A stretch of DNA of 62,992 bases from a virus. Lineage: Duplodnaviria > Caudoviricetes. Below are positions 1-9,076 of this stretch, one piece after another. Made by a program: the position numbers and the translations under genes. The first letter of the stretch is position 1; every line of letters starts with the position of its first letter. Location: IMG/VR virus record IMGVR_UViG_3300017700_000894, positions 1 to 62,992 of that record; one strand, given 5' to 3'. The notes beneath the pieces were generated by a model. The model saw only the letters and a program-made list of their open reading frames with translations. It searched no databases and was not told the origin of the DNA.

Positions 1-123
1 GGCAAGCATGGCGCGAACGAGCACGTTCGCCTGGTCGATGAAGGAAGGCTGGGCAACGCGGAGGCGGCGCAAGCTTTCGGCAATGTCGTCTTGGTGTGTC
101 ATGGTCGTGGTCTTGCCGCAGTA
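1..123. repeat. Terminal direct repeat, left copy (circular assembly overlap)
   Basis: 1-123 is identical to 62870-62992 (ggcaagcatggcgcgaacg...cttgccgcagta). Confidence 0.97.
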
Positions 124-149
124 TATGCGCACGCGTGCGCAGTTTGCAA
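120..149 (-). promoter_or_regulatory. Sigma70-like promoter with palindromic operator in the spacer; drives the small-gene cluster that begins at 62971
   Basis: Minus strand TTGCAA-N18-TATACT; spacer contains TGCGCACGCGTGCGCA (126-141). Confidence 0.65.
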
Positions 150-1532
150 TCAAATTCCGCTTACTTGCTGCTTTTTGTGCAACGGCTGCCGCCACATCAG
201 CCCATAGGTCACCGCGTCAAAGGGGTGGTCTTCGGCGTCGGTGTCCACGTCTTCGATGTCGTGCGGATCGCGGGGAAGCGCGGGGATCGTTTCGATTGCG
301 TTTTCGCAGGTGTCGAAGAATACCAGCCCCGGCCCGCCTTTCGGGCAAAGCGGGTTCTTGGCCAGCAGGCGGTGCAGGTGCTTCACCCGGTCGACACGTG
401 ACCCAGGCCACTTTTCGCACGGCTTGAAGTGGCAACCGTGCAGGTTCATCACCTTCCCCCGCGGGATGGCGTTCTGTTGCCCGGTGTCAGCGAAGGCGGC
501 GCTGTCCAGAATGCCGCGGATCGTCTCCCCGTAGGGCTTGCCGTCGGCCATGATGATGCGCGAATCGATCTTTTTAATCTTCGCCGCCATGGTTTCGGGC
601 AGCATCTTTTCTTCGTAAAGTTCCGCCACCACGTAAACCGTTTTCGTGTTCGGGTTCTGGGTGAACCAGTAAACGGCAGCAGGGGCGGCAAACCCATCGT
701 CGGCCCCGCGCCAAATCTTCCAGCCCCGGGGGATTCGGAAAGGCCGGCACACGTGCCTTTCCTGCCGCCACACGTAACCATAAACCGCCCCGGCCACAAT
801 GTTCCAGTCTCCATCCCGCATGGCTTTGACCAGCACGGGATCGCCCAGGCCTTCCAGGCGTTGCAAATATCGCGGATCGTTCGCCAGCAGGCTGGGGTTG
901 TCCACCGCCCGGGCGGGCACGAAGACGCGGCGCATGCCCCCTTCTTCGTCCGAAGAGCGTTTGATATGGTATGCCCCCGCCTTCACAAAAGTGCGTTTGA
1001 CCCACACGTGCCCCACGCCCCCCGGATTCGTCCCTGCCATCATCCGCGGAAACTTGCCGGCAAGGTGGTCGGGGATTTTCAGCCCGCCCAGCCGCATCCG
1101 GCCGCGCAAATATCGGTACATCGATTCCGTGAAGTGGGTCAGTTCGTCCATGAACAAGGCGTGGATTTCGCTCCCCTGAAATCGGGGCAAATCCTTTTCG
1201 TGGTTCATGTGATTCAGGAAGATGCGCGAGCCGTTCCAAAATCGAATTTCCTTCTGCACGATCTCCACGTGGCCCGATTGAACCAGCGGGGCCAGCAGCA
1301 TGTGAAAGCTTCCCGGGCCTTCCATGTGATTCTTCACAAGGTCGGGAAAGAACCGCCGGAAAAAGTAGGCGTTCAGCCCGGGCACGCTGGTGCAGTAGAT
1401 GGTTGCCGCTGCCCGCATCAGGTGGCTTTTCCCACCGCCGGCCGCGCCACCGTATAGAATTTCCTCCGCGGGCGCGGTCAGGGCGCGTTGCTGTTGCTGA
1501 TAAAGCTGAAGTTCAAGCCGGGGCGCTTCCAT
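150..1532 (-). CDS. terL: Terminase large subunit
   Basis: Walker A YGGAAGGGKS, Walker B LFMDE, coupling motif GTNPGG, RNase H-like C-terminus (GADDG...EDHPFDAVTY). Confidence 0.95.
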   Translation of the reverse strand: MEAPRLELQLYQQQQRALTAPAEEILYGGAAGGGKSHLMRAAATIYCTSVPGLNAYFFRRFFPDLVKNHMEGPGSFHMLLAPLVQSGHVEIVQKEIRFWNGSRIFLNHMNHEKDLPRFQGSEIHALFMDELTHFTESMYRYLRGRMRLGGLKIPDHLAGKFPRMMAGTNPGGVGHVWVKRTFVKAGAYHIKRSSDEEGGMRRVFVPARAVDNPSLLANDPRYLQRLEGLGDPVLVKAMRDGDWNIVAGAVYGYVWRQERHVCRPFRIPRGWKIWRGADDGFAAPAAVYWFTQNPNTKTVYVVAELYEEKMLPETMAAKIKKIDSRIIMADGKPYGETIRGILDSAAFADTGQQNAIPRGKVMNLHGCHFKPCEKWPGSRVDRVKHLHRLLAKNPLCPKGGPGLVFFDTCENAIETIPALPRDPHDIEDVDTDAEDHPFDAVTYGLMWRQPLHKKQQVSGI

Positions 1533-1977
1533 CGGGTTCCTTGTCGAAAATCCACGGGGCAGGTTCCTGCCCGGCCACGCTGATCAGGATCACCGGGGCA
1601 ACCGCTGTTTCCAATGGCTTCCCACCTGGTCCCGACATTTCGACGGCAGCACGCCCGCGCCAGCGGTCAGGGTGCCGGCGTTCCAGAATCCAGGCCGCCC
1701 CCTTCCAGTCGCCCTTCTTCACCACCCGCACCAGTTCGACTTCCCCCACCGCGCTGGCGGCGTCGAAGTCGGCAGCGAATTGCCGAAACTTCGGGTCGCC
1801 TTCTTCCACCACTTCCCCCTGGTCGTCCAGTTTGTCGCGCCCCTTGGTCAACCAAATGCGAAGCGTGTTCACGTGGATGCCGCACGCCTGGGCGGCGGTT
1901 CCCATGAAGTTTCCAGCCTTCATCATTGCCACCAGTTTCTTGTGGCGGGCTGGTGTGAGTTTACATGATTCGTTCAT
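1513..1977 (-). CDS. terS: Terminase small subunit
   Basis: N-terminal HTH (AAQACGIHVNTLRIWL), WKGAAWILERR motif, EMSGPGGKPL tail; directly upstream of terL. Confidence 0.8.
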   Translation of the reverse strand: MNESCKLTPARHKKLVAMMKAGNFMGTAAQACGIHVNTLRIWLTKGRDKLDDQGEVVEEGDPKFRQFAADFDAASAVGEVELVRVVKKGDWKGAAWILERRHPDRWRGRAAVEMSGPGGKPLETAVAPVILISVAGQEPAPWIFDKEPDGSAPA

Positions 1978-3611
1978 TTTTGCAGGATGCTGGCGGCAAG
2001 CATGGCAGCCCGTCCAGCTTCATCAGCTGGGCGCACGGTTTCTTCTTTCATGTCCACGATGCCGTCGGCCTGGGCACCTTTCAACCCCAGAACGCCGGCC
2101 ACCACGGGATCGCTGCCATTGTCGATGGTCAGATAAAAGGCGGTGCACTGTTCTTGCTGCCCGTCGCGGTGCACGCGTCCGATCAGCTGATTGATCGCCT
2201 GGGGTGACCAGTCCAGTTCGGCAATCACCACGGTGTTCGACATCCCTTGAAGCCCGTCCAGGCCTTCCCCGGATCGCAGGCTGATCAGAAAAACCTGGGC
2301 GTGCCCACCCACGAAGGAATCCTTGGCGCGTTGCTTCGCCGCCGGGCTTTCGCTCCCGGTGTATTTCACCGACGTGATCCCCTTTTCTTCCAAGATACTT
2401 TCAAGCACCGCGTAAACTTCGCGGTGCCATGCCCCCACCACCACTTGCCGGCCATTGCCCACAAGGTCGGCCACGAATTCGGCGGCAAACGGGGCTTTGG
2501 CAATCCCGGTGGCCTGCCGCAGCATCAGGTCCAGCTGGCGGGCAGCCTTCCCTTTTTCCACGAAGGTGCCGTGCAGCACGGTGGCGGCAAGGTTCAGCGC
2601 TTTGCTTTTCAGCACGGCAATCACGTTTGCATCGTACTCGATCGGCACCTGCACCCGCAGCAGGTCGGGCAGTTCGCGCCCCACTTCTTCCCGGGTGCGG
2701 CGCACCATGTTTCCGCTTTGCCGCAGGTGGGCCCCCAGCGCCACCGGATCGTTGACCACGTTGTGCCGGCCGTTCCAGGTGCACCATTCGGTCGTGAATT
2801 CCCCATACGTCCCCAGGTGCCCCGGCGTCAGGCAATCCATGATCGAATGGATTTCGTCCCCGTAGTTGAAAACCGGGGTGGCGGAAAGCCCCAGTCGCCA
2901 CGTGGCGGCATCGGCCACTTGCTTGGCGGCGTTCCACTTGTTCGTCCCGGTGTGCCGTAGGGCGTGCACTTCGTCGAAGATCACGGTGGCCCGCGGCAGG
3001 TGATCCCGCCACCCGGCAAGGCGCGAATAAGGGATGACGGTCACGTGATGCTTCGGCACCGTCTCCTTCTCCGGGTTGGTCTTTTTGATCACGTAACTTT
3101 TCAGCCCCGGCAGGAAGCGCGCCAGCTGTTCCACCCACTGGTTCGTCAAATGGGTTGGCGTCACCACCACCGCCGGCAGCGTCCCCGGCATTGCCAGCAG
3201 CCCGATGCCCACCGCGGTCTTGCCCAGCCCCAGGTCGTCGCCGCACAAAAGCCCGCGGTTCTGGAAGGCGATTTCCACCGCTTGAAGCTGGTATTGCCGA
3301 AGCGGAAGGGCAAGGCCAGGCGGTTGCGTGTGCTCGGCAGCCATGGCGTTTTCGCTCACCAGTCGGCGCGACTTGGCAATTTCGGCCTGGGCGGTCAGGT
3401 ATTGCCAAACGTGCCGGTCGATGTCGTGCGGGTATCGGTGCAGAATCCATTCCACATCCTCCGCGTTCGCCGGGGTGTCATCGATGCGGATCAGTTGCCC
3501 GGCCGCCTTGGCGCTGGCGAAGAGTCGCCGCAATCGCATGCGGATGTCGGGGGCGCTGTCGAAGCACCAAACCCGGCCGCGCTTTCCATTTTCGAGCGTG
3601 ACGCGGTTCAC
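1974..3611 (-). CDS. SNF2-family helicase/translocase
   Basis: LCGDDLGLGKT, DEVH, LSATP, GEGLDGLQ, QLIGRVHRDGQ; GTG start overlaps the upstream stop (GTGA). Confidence 0.9.
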   Translation of the reverse strand: MNRVTLENGKRGRVWCFDSAPDIRMRLRRLFASAKAAGQLIRIDDTPANAEDVEWILHRYPHDIDRHVWQYLTAQAEIAKSRRLVSENAMAAEHTQPPGLALPLRQYQLQAVEIAFQNRGLLCGDDLGLGKTAVGIGLLAMPGTLPAVVVTPTHLTNQWVEQLARFLPGLKSYVIKKTNPEKETVPKHHVTVIPYSRLAGWRDHLPRATVIFDEVHALRHTGTNKWNAAKQVADAATWRLGLSATPVFNYGDEIHSIMDCLTPGHLGTYGEFTTEWCTWNGRHNVVNDPVALGAHLRQSGNMVRRTREEVGRELPDLLRVQVPIEYDANVIAVLKSKALNLAATVLHGTFVEKGKAARQLDLMLRQATGIAKAPFAAEFVADLVGNGRQVVVGAWHREVYAVLESILEEKGITSVKYTGSESPAAKQRAKDSFVGGHAQVFLISLRSGEGLDGLQGMSNTVVIAELDWSPQAINQLIGRVHRDGQQEQCTAFYLTIDNGSDPVVAGVLGLKGAQADGIVDMKEETVRPADEAGRAAMLAASILQK

Positions 3612-3952
3612 CAGAATGTGGGGTGCACGATTTTGAAAGGGACGGTCAGAAAGTTGCGCACCGCGGTGGGGCGCGTTGCCACCAGAATCAGCCCGCCGGG
3701 GCAGTGCGGTTCGTAGCGTGCCAGCTGGCGCATGGTGTCGCCCGCGCTGGCCTTCGTCTTGCATTCAATGCCGATGTCGAAGCCCGGCAGGAAAAAGTCG
3801 ATTCGGTTCGCCCGGTCGAAGTGGTGTTCGCGTTCGAATCCAAACCGCCCTTCGGTCAGGATCGTTTCCACGGCGCGTTGCAGCGCGTCTTCGTTGTTCA
3901 CTTTGCCGCTGAGTCGCGAGCGCAGCAGGATGGTCAGGGTTTCAATGGTCAT
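3608..3952 (-). CDS. Small PD-(D/E)XK nuclease-like protein
   Basis: RIDF...IGIECK and QLARY motifs. Confidence 0.6.
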   Translation of the reverse strand: MTIETLTILLRSRLSGKVNNEDALQRAVETILTEGRFGFEREHHFDRANRIDFFLPGFDIGIECKTKASAGDTMRQLARYEPHCPGGLILVATRPTAVRNFLTVPFKIVHPTFW

Positions 3953-5538
3953 GGTCGTGGTGGCAACTTGGCAATCTGTCGTTCCAGTTCGGCCTTCGCT
4001 TCTTCGAAGGTCATCCGCAAGGCGTCAATTCCAAACTTCGAAAGTGCGGTCACTTGGTTCACGCTGCAAAGGCCGGCTTCCTTCCGGGTGCCTTGGATGC
4101 TGATCAGTGCGCTGGCCTGCCCCCGGCTGGTCACCGTCTCCGGGTCCACGTTCCACTTCTCCAAGATCGTGGCCTGGGCGGCGCTCACCGGCTTCACTTC
4201 CCATTCCGCCATCGGTTCGTAATCCAGCAATTCGGGCTGGTGGAAAACGGCGGCCAGCGCGCGCGCATCATAGCGGCTGGCCCGGCGCTTCGCCGCTTCC
4301 TTCATGGCGCGAATCAGCCGTTGTTCCCGTTCGTCGGTCACCTGTTCGTCCACCATGAAAAGGTCCATGGGTTCGTCGGTGGCAATCTTGTCGGCCACCG
4401 CCTTCTTCTGCACCGGCACGTCGGTCACCAGATCGGCCGGCCCCATCACGTCGTGGGTTTCGAAGTGCCACAAGAAATCCAGCAGAAGCATGTCCTGCTT
4501 CCGGTCGGGGTGGGCGCACCAGCCCGCGCACCCGTGGGGGCAGAAAAGCCGGGTGCCCCGCCCGACCATTTGAATATAAGCCCCCCGGCTTCGGGTCGGT
4601 CGCAGGATGATCACGCAATCGATTTCCGGGCAGTCGAAGCCCTTCGTAAGAAGTTGCGCGTTGTTCAGCATGCGGAATTTCCCGCGCTGAAATCCTTCGA
4701 TCACTTCCGCCCGGTCGGGGCTGGCCCCGTCGACGTGCGCGGCGGCAATCCCGCGGTCCTGGGCCATGGCGGTGAATTCCTGGGATGCCTTCACCGATGG
4801 GTGGAAGATCAGGATTCGCTTTCGGTCGCCGGCATACTTGTCGATGCTGTCCAGCACGGCGTGCCAATACGGGCGGATGTCTTCGGCAACCGCTTCGTCG
4901 TCGCCCGCGGTGTTGCCCACTTCTGCCGTCACCGGAATCACCACCTGGGCGGTCTGCACCACGATGGGGGAAAGCATTTGTTCGTCGATCAGTTCTTTCA
5001 GCGTCACCTTTGCGGCAAGGTGCTGGTAAAACTTCAGCAGGGATCGCTTGTCGCCCCGCTCAGGGGTGGCGGTCACGCCCAGCAGGTCGGCCGGTTCGAA
5101 GTGCTTCAGCACGCGTTGCCATGTGTCGGCCATGCTCATGTGCGCCTCGTCTGCAATCACGAAGCCGAAGTGATCCTGGGGCCAGCGCGCAAGGCGGGCA
5201 GCCCCGGCCATGGTTTGGATGCTCCCCACCACCACCTGGGCTTTCAAGCTGGCGCGGGCATCGGCTTTTTCCAGATCGGGAATAATGCCGGTTGATAGGT
5301 GGATTTTGTCCACCGCCTGGTCGCAAAGTTCGATGGTGTCGCAAAGGAAAAGGCACCGTTCAGGCCGGGCACGCTTCTGCCGTTCGAAGATCATGGCGGC
5401 GGTCATAATCGTCTTTCCCGCCCCGGTCGCCGCTTCCCCTAGCAGGCGTTTCATCGGCTCGCCTTCCGGCCCGCATTTGAAGCAGTCGGTGATCGTCCTG
5501 CACCACCGCTTTTGATACGGTCGAAGATTCCATTTCAT
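3949..5538 (-). CDS. SF2 DEAH-box helicase (UvsW/RadD/YejH-like)
   Basis: ATGAGKT, DEAH, VTATP, LTKGFDCPEID, QMVGRGTR. Confidence 0.92.
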   Translation of the reverse strand: MKWNLRPYQKRWCRTITDCFKCGPEGEPMKRLLGEAATGAGKTIMTAAMIFERQKRARPERCLFLCDTIELCDQAVDKIHLSTGIIPDLEKADARASLKAQVVVGSIQTMAGAARLARWPQDHFGFVIADEAHMSMADTWQRVLKHFEPADLLGVTATPERGDKRSLLKFYQHLAAKVTLKELIDEQMLSPIVVQTAQVVIPVTAEVGNTAGDDEAVAEDIRPYWHAVLDSIDKYAGDRKRILIFHPSVKASQEFTAMAQDRGIAAAHVDGASPDRAEVIEGFQRGKFRMLNNAQLLTKGFDCPEIDCVIILRPTRSRGAYIQMVGRGTRLFCPHGCAGWCAHPDRKQDMLLLDFLWHFETHDVMGPADLVTDVPVQKKAVADKIATDEPMDLFMVDEQVTDEREQRLIRAMKEAAKRRASRYDARALAAVFHQPELLDYEPMAEWEVKPVSAAQATILEKWNVDPETVTSRGQASALISIQGTRKEAGLCSVNQVTALSKFGIDALRMTFEEAKAELERQIAKLPPRP

Positions 5539-5579
5539 GGTCGTGGTCGTTTGGTTTTTGCACGGTTTTCGTGCGTCCT

Positions 5580-5613
5580 ACACTGTTGGAAGGGCGCGGG
5601 GCAAATTTGCCCC
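5580..5613 (+). repeat. Bipartite dispersed element, copy 1
   Basis: ACACTGTTGG-N8-GGGGCAAATTTGCCCC, between the ParB-like gene and the helicase. Confidence 0.9.
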
Positions 5614-5636
5614 GCACCCCCGCACCCCCCGCCGGG

Positions 5637-6578
5637 TCACTCTTTCGCCGCACCTTTCTGGCGCGAAACCACCACGTGCCACCCGTCGATTTCGAAAGAC
5701 ATTTTCGAAGCCCCACCGCTCAGGGTGCGCAGGAAAAGGTCGGCAATCTTGTCTTCCCGGCTCACCGTGCCATTGATGAATTTCAAGGCCTTCTTCACGG
5801 TCCACTTCCGCACAATCAATTCCCGGATCGTCTTCTGCTCGGGGAAACTCAGGTCAGTGAAGTCACGCAGTTCTTGCACGGTCTTCAGCACCGTGCTGTC
5901 CCGGATCGCTTTGGTGAATTCTTCGCCGTGGGCGCGTTCCAGGCCGGCGGCGTTGCCTTCGTAAATCTTCGTGCGTTCGGCGTCGGCTTCGGCGTTCTGG
6001 TCATTGCTGGCGGCGGCGGCGGCGTCGGCCTTCCGGTCTTCCAGGATTTTGATGGCTTCGTGAAGCGTCTTGGTGCCGGCCACCACTTCGGCGTGCAGGT
6101 CGGGCGCTTCCTTCTTCAGCTTTTTGGCGTGCTTGATGGATGTCGCGGAAACGTGCGCGACTTCGGCCGCCTTGTCGGCGGATCGCCCAGCTTCGCCGGC
6201 CGGGGCTTCCGGGGTGGCGTGCTTCGCTGCCGCTTCCAGGCGTTGCTTCGCTTCGGCTTCGAAGAAGGGCATGGCGTCGATGCTCACCGCTGCCCGCTGG
6301 CTGGTGCTCAGGTGCCGGCGGAAAAGGTTCTTGGCCAGCACCCAGGTGGTCGGGCTCGCCCCGTCTTTCTCCGGGTTGAAGTTGCGCACGTCGGGCGTTT
6401 TGTTCAGCGAAAGGCACGCTTCGAATCTGCTTCGCCCGTCCAGGATTTTGCCGGCCAGCAGCACGATGGGGTCCAGTTGTCCATCCTTGGCAATGGAGTC
6501 ACGAAGCAGGGTTTGTTCGCCTTCCGTCGGCATCGGCAGCAGGTTGGCAATCGGGTGATATTCAAGAGCGGTGGTCAT
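5637..6578 (-). CDS. ParB/Srx N-terminal domain protein with HTH
   Basis: HPIANLLP, SIAKDGQLDPIV, ILDGRSR, NLFRRHLS...QRA, HTH AAEVAHVSATSI. Confidence 0.82.
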   Translation of the reverse strand: MTTALEYHPIANLLPMPTEGEQTLLRDSIAKDGQLDPIVLLAGKILDGRSRFEACLSLNKTPDVRNFNPEKDGASPTTWVLAKNLFRRHLSTSQRAAVSIDAMPFFEAEAKQRLEAAAKHATPEAPAGEAGRSADKAAEVAHVSATSIKHAKKLKKEAPDLHAEVVAGTKTLHEAIKILEDRKADAAAAASNDQNAEADAERTKIYEGNAAGLERAHGEEFTKAIRDSTVLKTVQELRDFTDLSFPEQKTIRELIVRKWTVKKALKFINGTVSREDKIADLFLRTLSGGASKMSFEIDGWHVVVSRQKGAAKE

Positions 6579-7093
6579 GGTGTTTTGTGGATGGGGTGAA
6601 GGAGGGTCAGAAAATCGTGGAAGCAGAAGCCCAGGCCGGCCGGGACCAGGTGCGCGGTGGTCCAGGTCACGCTTTTGCGGTCGGTCGTGGCAGCCCGCAC
6701 CATGCTGGGGGTCAGCAATCGCACCGCCCGGTCGTGCCGCCAAAGGAATGCCACCGCTGCCCCAGCCTTTTCCCAGGCCAGCGCGTTTGTCAATTGGTCG
6801 TGGCTGATCCCGCTGCCCTTCTGCTTTTCGGCCAGCACGGCAAGCCGGGGTTCTTCGGTCGACTTCACTTCGATCATCACCGCCTTGCCGCCCATTTCCG
6901 TCCAGGTGCCCACGAAGTCCAGGAATGGATTCGGCAGCAGGATGGTCACGGGCTTGCCGCATTTCCAAAGCGTTCGGGTGGGCGGGTCCACCTTGCGGAT
7001 GTCGGCGCGTCCGGTCGCCCGGTAGGCGTCGCACACCATCCCCACTTCCCGTTCGAAGGCCTGCCCAGGCGTCGCTTTCATAGGCGTTCGCAT
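6575..7093 (-). CDS. RecU-like Holliday junction resolvase
   Basis: GQAFE, IRKVDPP, DFVG, IEVKST, HDQL motifs. Confidence 0.75.
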   Translation of the reverse strand: MRTPMKATPGQAFEREVGMVCDAYRATGRADIRKVDPPTRTLWKCGKPVTILLPNPFLDFVGTWTEMGGKAVMIEVKSTEEPRLAVLAEKQKGSGISHDQLTNALAWEKAGAAVAFLWRHDRAVRLLTPSMVRAATTDRKSVTWTTAHLVPAGLGFCFHDFLTLLHPIHKTP

Positions 7094-7368
7094 TTCATGC
7101 CACGTTCTTCAGCGCGGCGCATCACCCGGGCCACCACCCCGCGGCCGGCTTGCTTCCGATCCCATTCGGTGCCGCCTTCGAAAATCCAGGCGTGGGTGCC
7201 GCCTGGGTTTTCATGCGCCACCACCACGGTGGACGTGGGCCGGTGGGCGCTGAAAACGATCGATTCGTTTTCAAGCACGGCGGCAAGTTGCAGGTCGATT
7301 GACGCGTTGCCACCACGCAGCTGGGCAATTTCGTCGTCGGTCAGTTGTCGTGTCGTGAGAGCGTGCAT
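7078..7368 (-). CDS. Hypothetical protein
   Basis: ORF packed into the operon with overlaps. Confidence 0.55.
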   Translation of the reverse strand: MHALTTRQLTDDEIAQLRGGNASIDLQLAAVLENESIVFSAHRPTSTVVVAHENPGGTHAWIFEGGTEWDRKQAGRGVVARVMRRAEERGMKCERL

Positions 7369-7598
7369 AAACGGGAAATCATGTCATCGGTGAAGGCGGC
7401 GCGGGCTGCTTCCAGGTGGCTGCAACGCTTCGCGGGTTTTTGCCCCCGGTCAAGTTCGGGCTGGCATCGAAACTGGTGGTGCTCACATCCGCAAGCACCC
7501 CAGCCATTGTTCGCGCTTATGTCCACCAAGTGGTTCAGCCCACGGGTGGATGATTCAACCAGCCACCTGAATGGCGGTTCATGCGGGAAAGCGTTCAC
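7341..7598 (-). CDS. SWIM-type zinc finger protein
   Basis: CGC...CSH (CxC-xn-CxH); GTG start overlaps the upstream stop. Confidence 0.6.
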   Translation of the reverse strand: MNAFPHEPPFRWLVESSTRGLNHLVDISANNGWGACGCEHHQFRCQPELDRGQKPAKRCSHLEAARAAFTDDMISRLCTLSRHDN

Positions 7599-8107
7599 GC
7601 CATGGGGAAATCGAAGTCGACGTGTCCACCTTGGCTTCTGGCAATCACGTGCACCCAGCGGGAAAGCCCGGTGCCCAGTTGCATCGGCAACGGTGGTTCG
7701 ATGACGATTCGCGGGCGGCCATTGTCCTGCCGCACAATTCGAACGCCTGGTGGCAGCTTGCAAAGGGCCAGTGCCGCCTTGCAGGCATTCGCCGCGGTTT
7801 CCGGTTGCCAGTCGGAATCGGCCACCACCACCCGCGGGGCGCGGGTCGTGCGGTCAGGGTCGGCATCCTTCACGAATAAACGAATGTGCAGCCCGTGGGC
7901 TTCGCCGGCTTCGTTCAGAATCCCCTTCAGCGCTTGGAAGTTCGCCCCGCCAGAACCGATAATCCGGGGCATGTCCGCAGGGGATGGCTGCACCATCACC
8001 CCGAAGAACCGCGATTCTTCAGAAACGCGGATCACCAGCGCTTCGGGTTGCGTGCAAACCGGTGCGATGATCGTTTTCAGTGCGGCGTTTAAGGTCGTGG
8101 CGTTCAT
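7595..8107 (-). CDS. KH-domain RNA-binding protein (KhpA/UPF0109-like)
   Basis: IIAPVCTQPEAL...DMPRIIGSGGANFQAL (GxxG loop). Confidence 0.75.
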   Translation of the reverse strand: MNATTLNAALKTIIAPVCTQPEALVIRVSEESRFFGVMVQPSPADMPRIIGSGGANFQALKGILNEAGEAHGLHIRLFVKDADPDRTTRAPRVVVADSDWQPETAANACKAALALCKLPPGVRIVRQDNGRPRIVIEPPLPMQLGTGLSRWVHVIARSQGGHVDFDFPMA

Positions 8108-8256
8108 GGTTTCCGTCCTACGATGGCAAGGGCAACGATGCAAGAGACGACAAGCGCGCCAGCCGCAGGGCCGGGCCAGTCCTTCACCGCCAAATAAACG
8201 CTGGCCCAGGTGCCGCTGATCATCACCAGCGCCCCCGCGAAAGCTTGCGCGTTCAA
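8104..8256 (-). CDS. Small two-TM membrane protein
   Basis: TTG start overlaps the upstream stop; two hydrophobic segments. Confidence 0.5.
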   Translation of the reverse strand: MNAQAFAGALVMISGTWASVYLAVKDWPGPAAGALVVSCIVALAIVGRKP

Positions 8257-9056
8257 AATTGACCCCCTTCGATTTTGGTGCCCCGGGCGCTTTCCCAGTC
8301 GCCCCACAAGAACCGCGCACCACCCGACCGCAGGCGGTCGACGGCAGCAGCCCCCAGCCATTCCCGAATCACCACCGCCGGCCGGTTCGAAAGAAGCAGG
8401 GTTTGCCGGCAATTCTTCTGCCGCCCGTCGATCACGTCATAAATCAAACGCATGCCGTCCTTCGGCAATTCGGCAAAGGCCACTTCGTCCAGGATCAGCA
8501 AGGCCACGTCGGCCAGTCGGTCGATCATGCGTTGCCGGTCGCCGTTTTCATAAGCGCGGTGGGATGCTTCGAAGAGTTTGTGGCAGTTCCACCACTGCAC
8601 CGAATAGTCGCCCGCCTGGGCAATCCGTTCTTTCGCGATTGCCGCGGCAAGGTGGCCTTTCCCGATCCCTACACTGCCGGCCATGATCAGGTTTCGCGGG
8701 CTGCCGTGCTGGAAGGTGATGCAGGCCTGCTTGAAGGTGTGCGGCGGGTCGGATTTCTCCCGGGGGGGCCGGTCCAGGTCGAAGTTGTCAAAGGTCGCGT
8801 GCAGCACGTCGGAGGGAATGCCAGCGCGTCGCCACACTTGGCGAAGGTGCTCATGGGCGGCGGTGGCAGCGCAGGATCGGCAATCATAGGCCAGCGCGCA
8901 TGCCGCTTCCGATGCCTCCCGGTTCAGGGTCGACACTTCCCCGCAGGCCTTGCAGGTCTTCGCGGGTGGCGCTTCGGTCAGGATCGGCGCAAAGGCCGCG
9001 GCGCGTGCCTGGGCTTTGGCAATGATGCGGTCGGTGATTGATGTCAGGTCGTTCAT
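8253..9056 (-). CDS. DnaC/IstB-like AAA+ helicase loader
   Basis: CxxC...CxxC, ATFDNF, GSVGIGKGH, LLILDE, LLSN, DRL. Confidence 0.9.
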   Translation of the reverse strand: MNDLTSITDRIIAKAQARAAAFAPILTEAPPAKTCKACGEVSTLNREASEAACALAYDCRSCAATAAHEHLRQVWRRAGIPSDVLHATFDNFDLDRPPREKSDPPHTFKQACITFQHGSPRNLIMAGSVGIGKGHLAAAIAKERIAQAGDYSVQWWNCHKLFEASHRAYENGDRQRMIDRLADVALLILDEVAFAELPKDGMRLIYDVIDGRQKNCRQTLLLSNRPAVVIREWLGAAAVDRLRSGGARFLWGDWESARGTKIEGGQF

Positions 9057-9076
9057 GGTCGTGGTGGTGTTCGTGG

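Noticed and set aside
1-123. 123-bp terminal repeat as a biological phage DTR
   Set aside because: It is an exact duplicate that cuts through a gene, so a circular-assembly overlap is more likely; read-end data are needed to decide
1974-5538. Helicase-nuclease-helicase cluster as a host defence island
   Set aside because: It is translationally coupled within the phage replication operon, and such genes are common in siphoviruses
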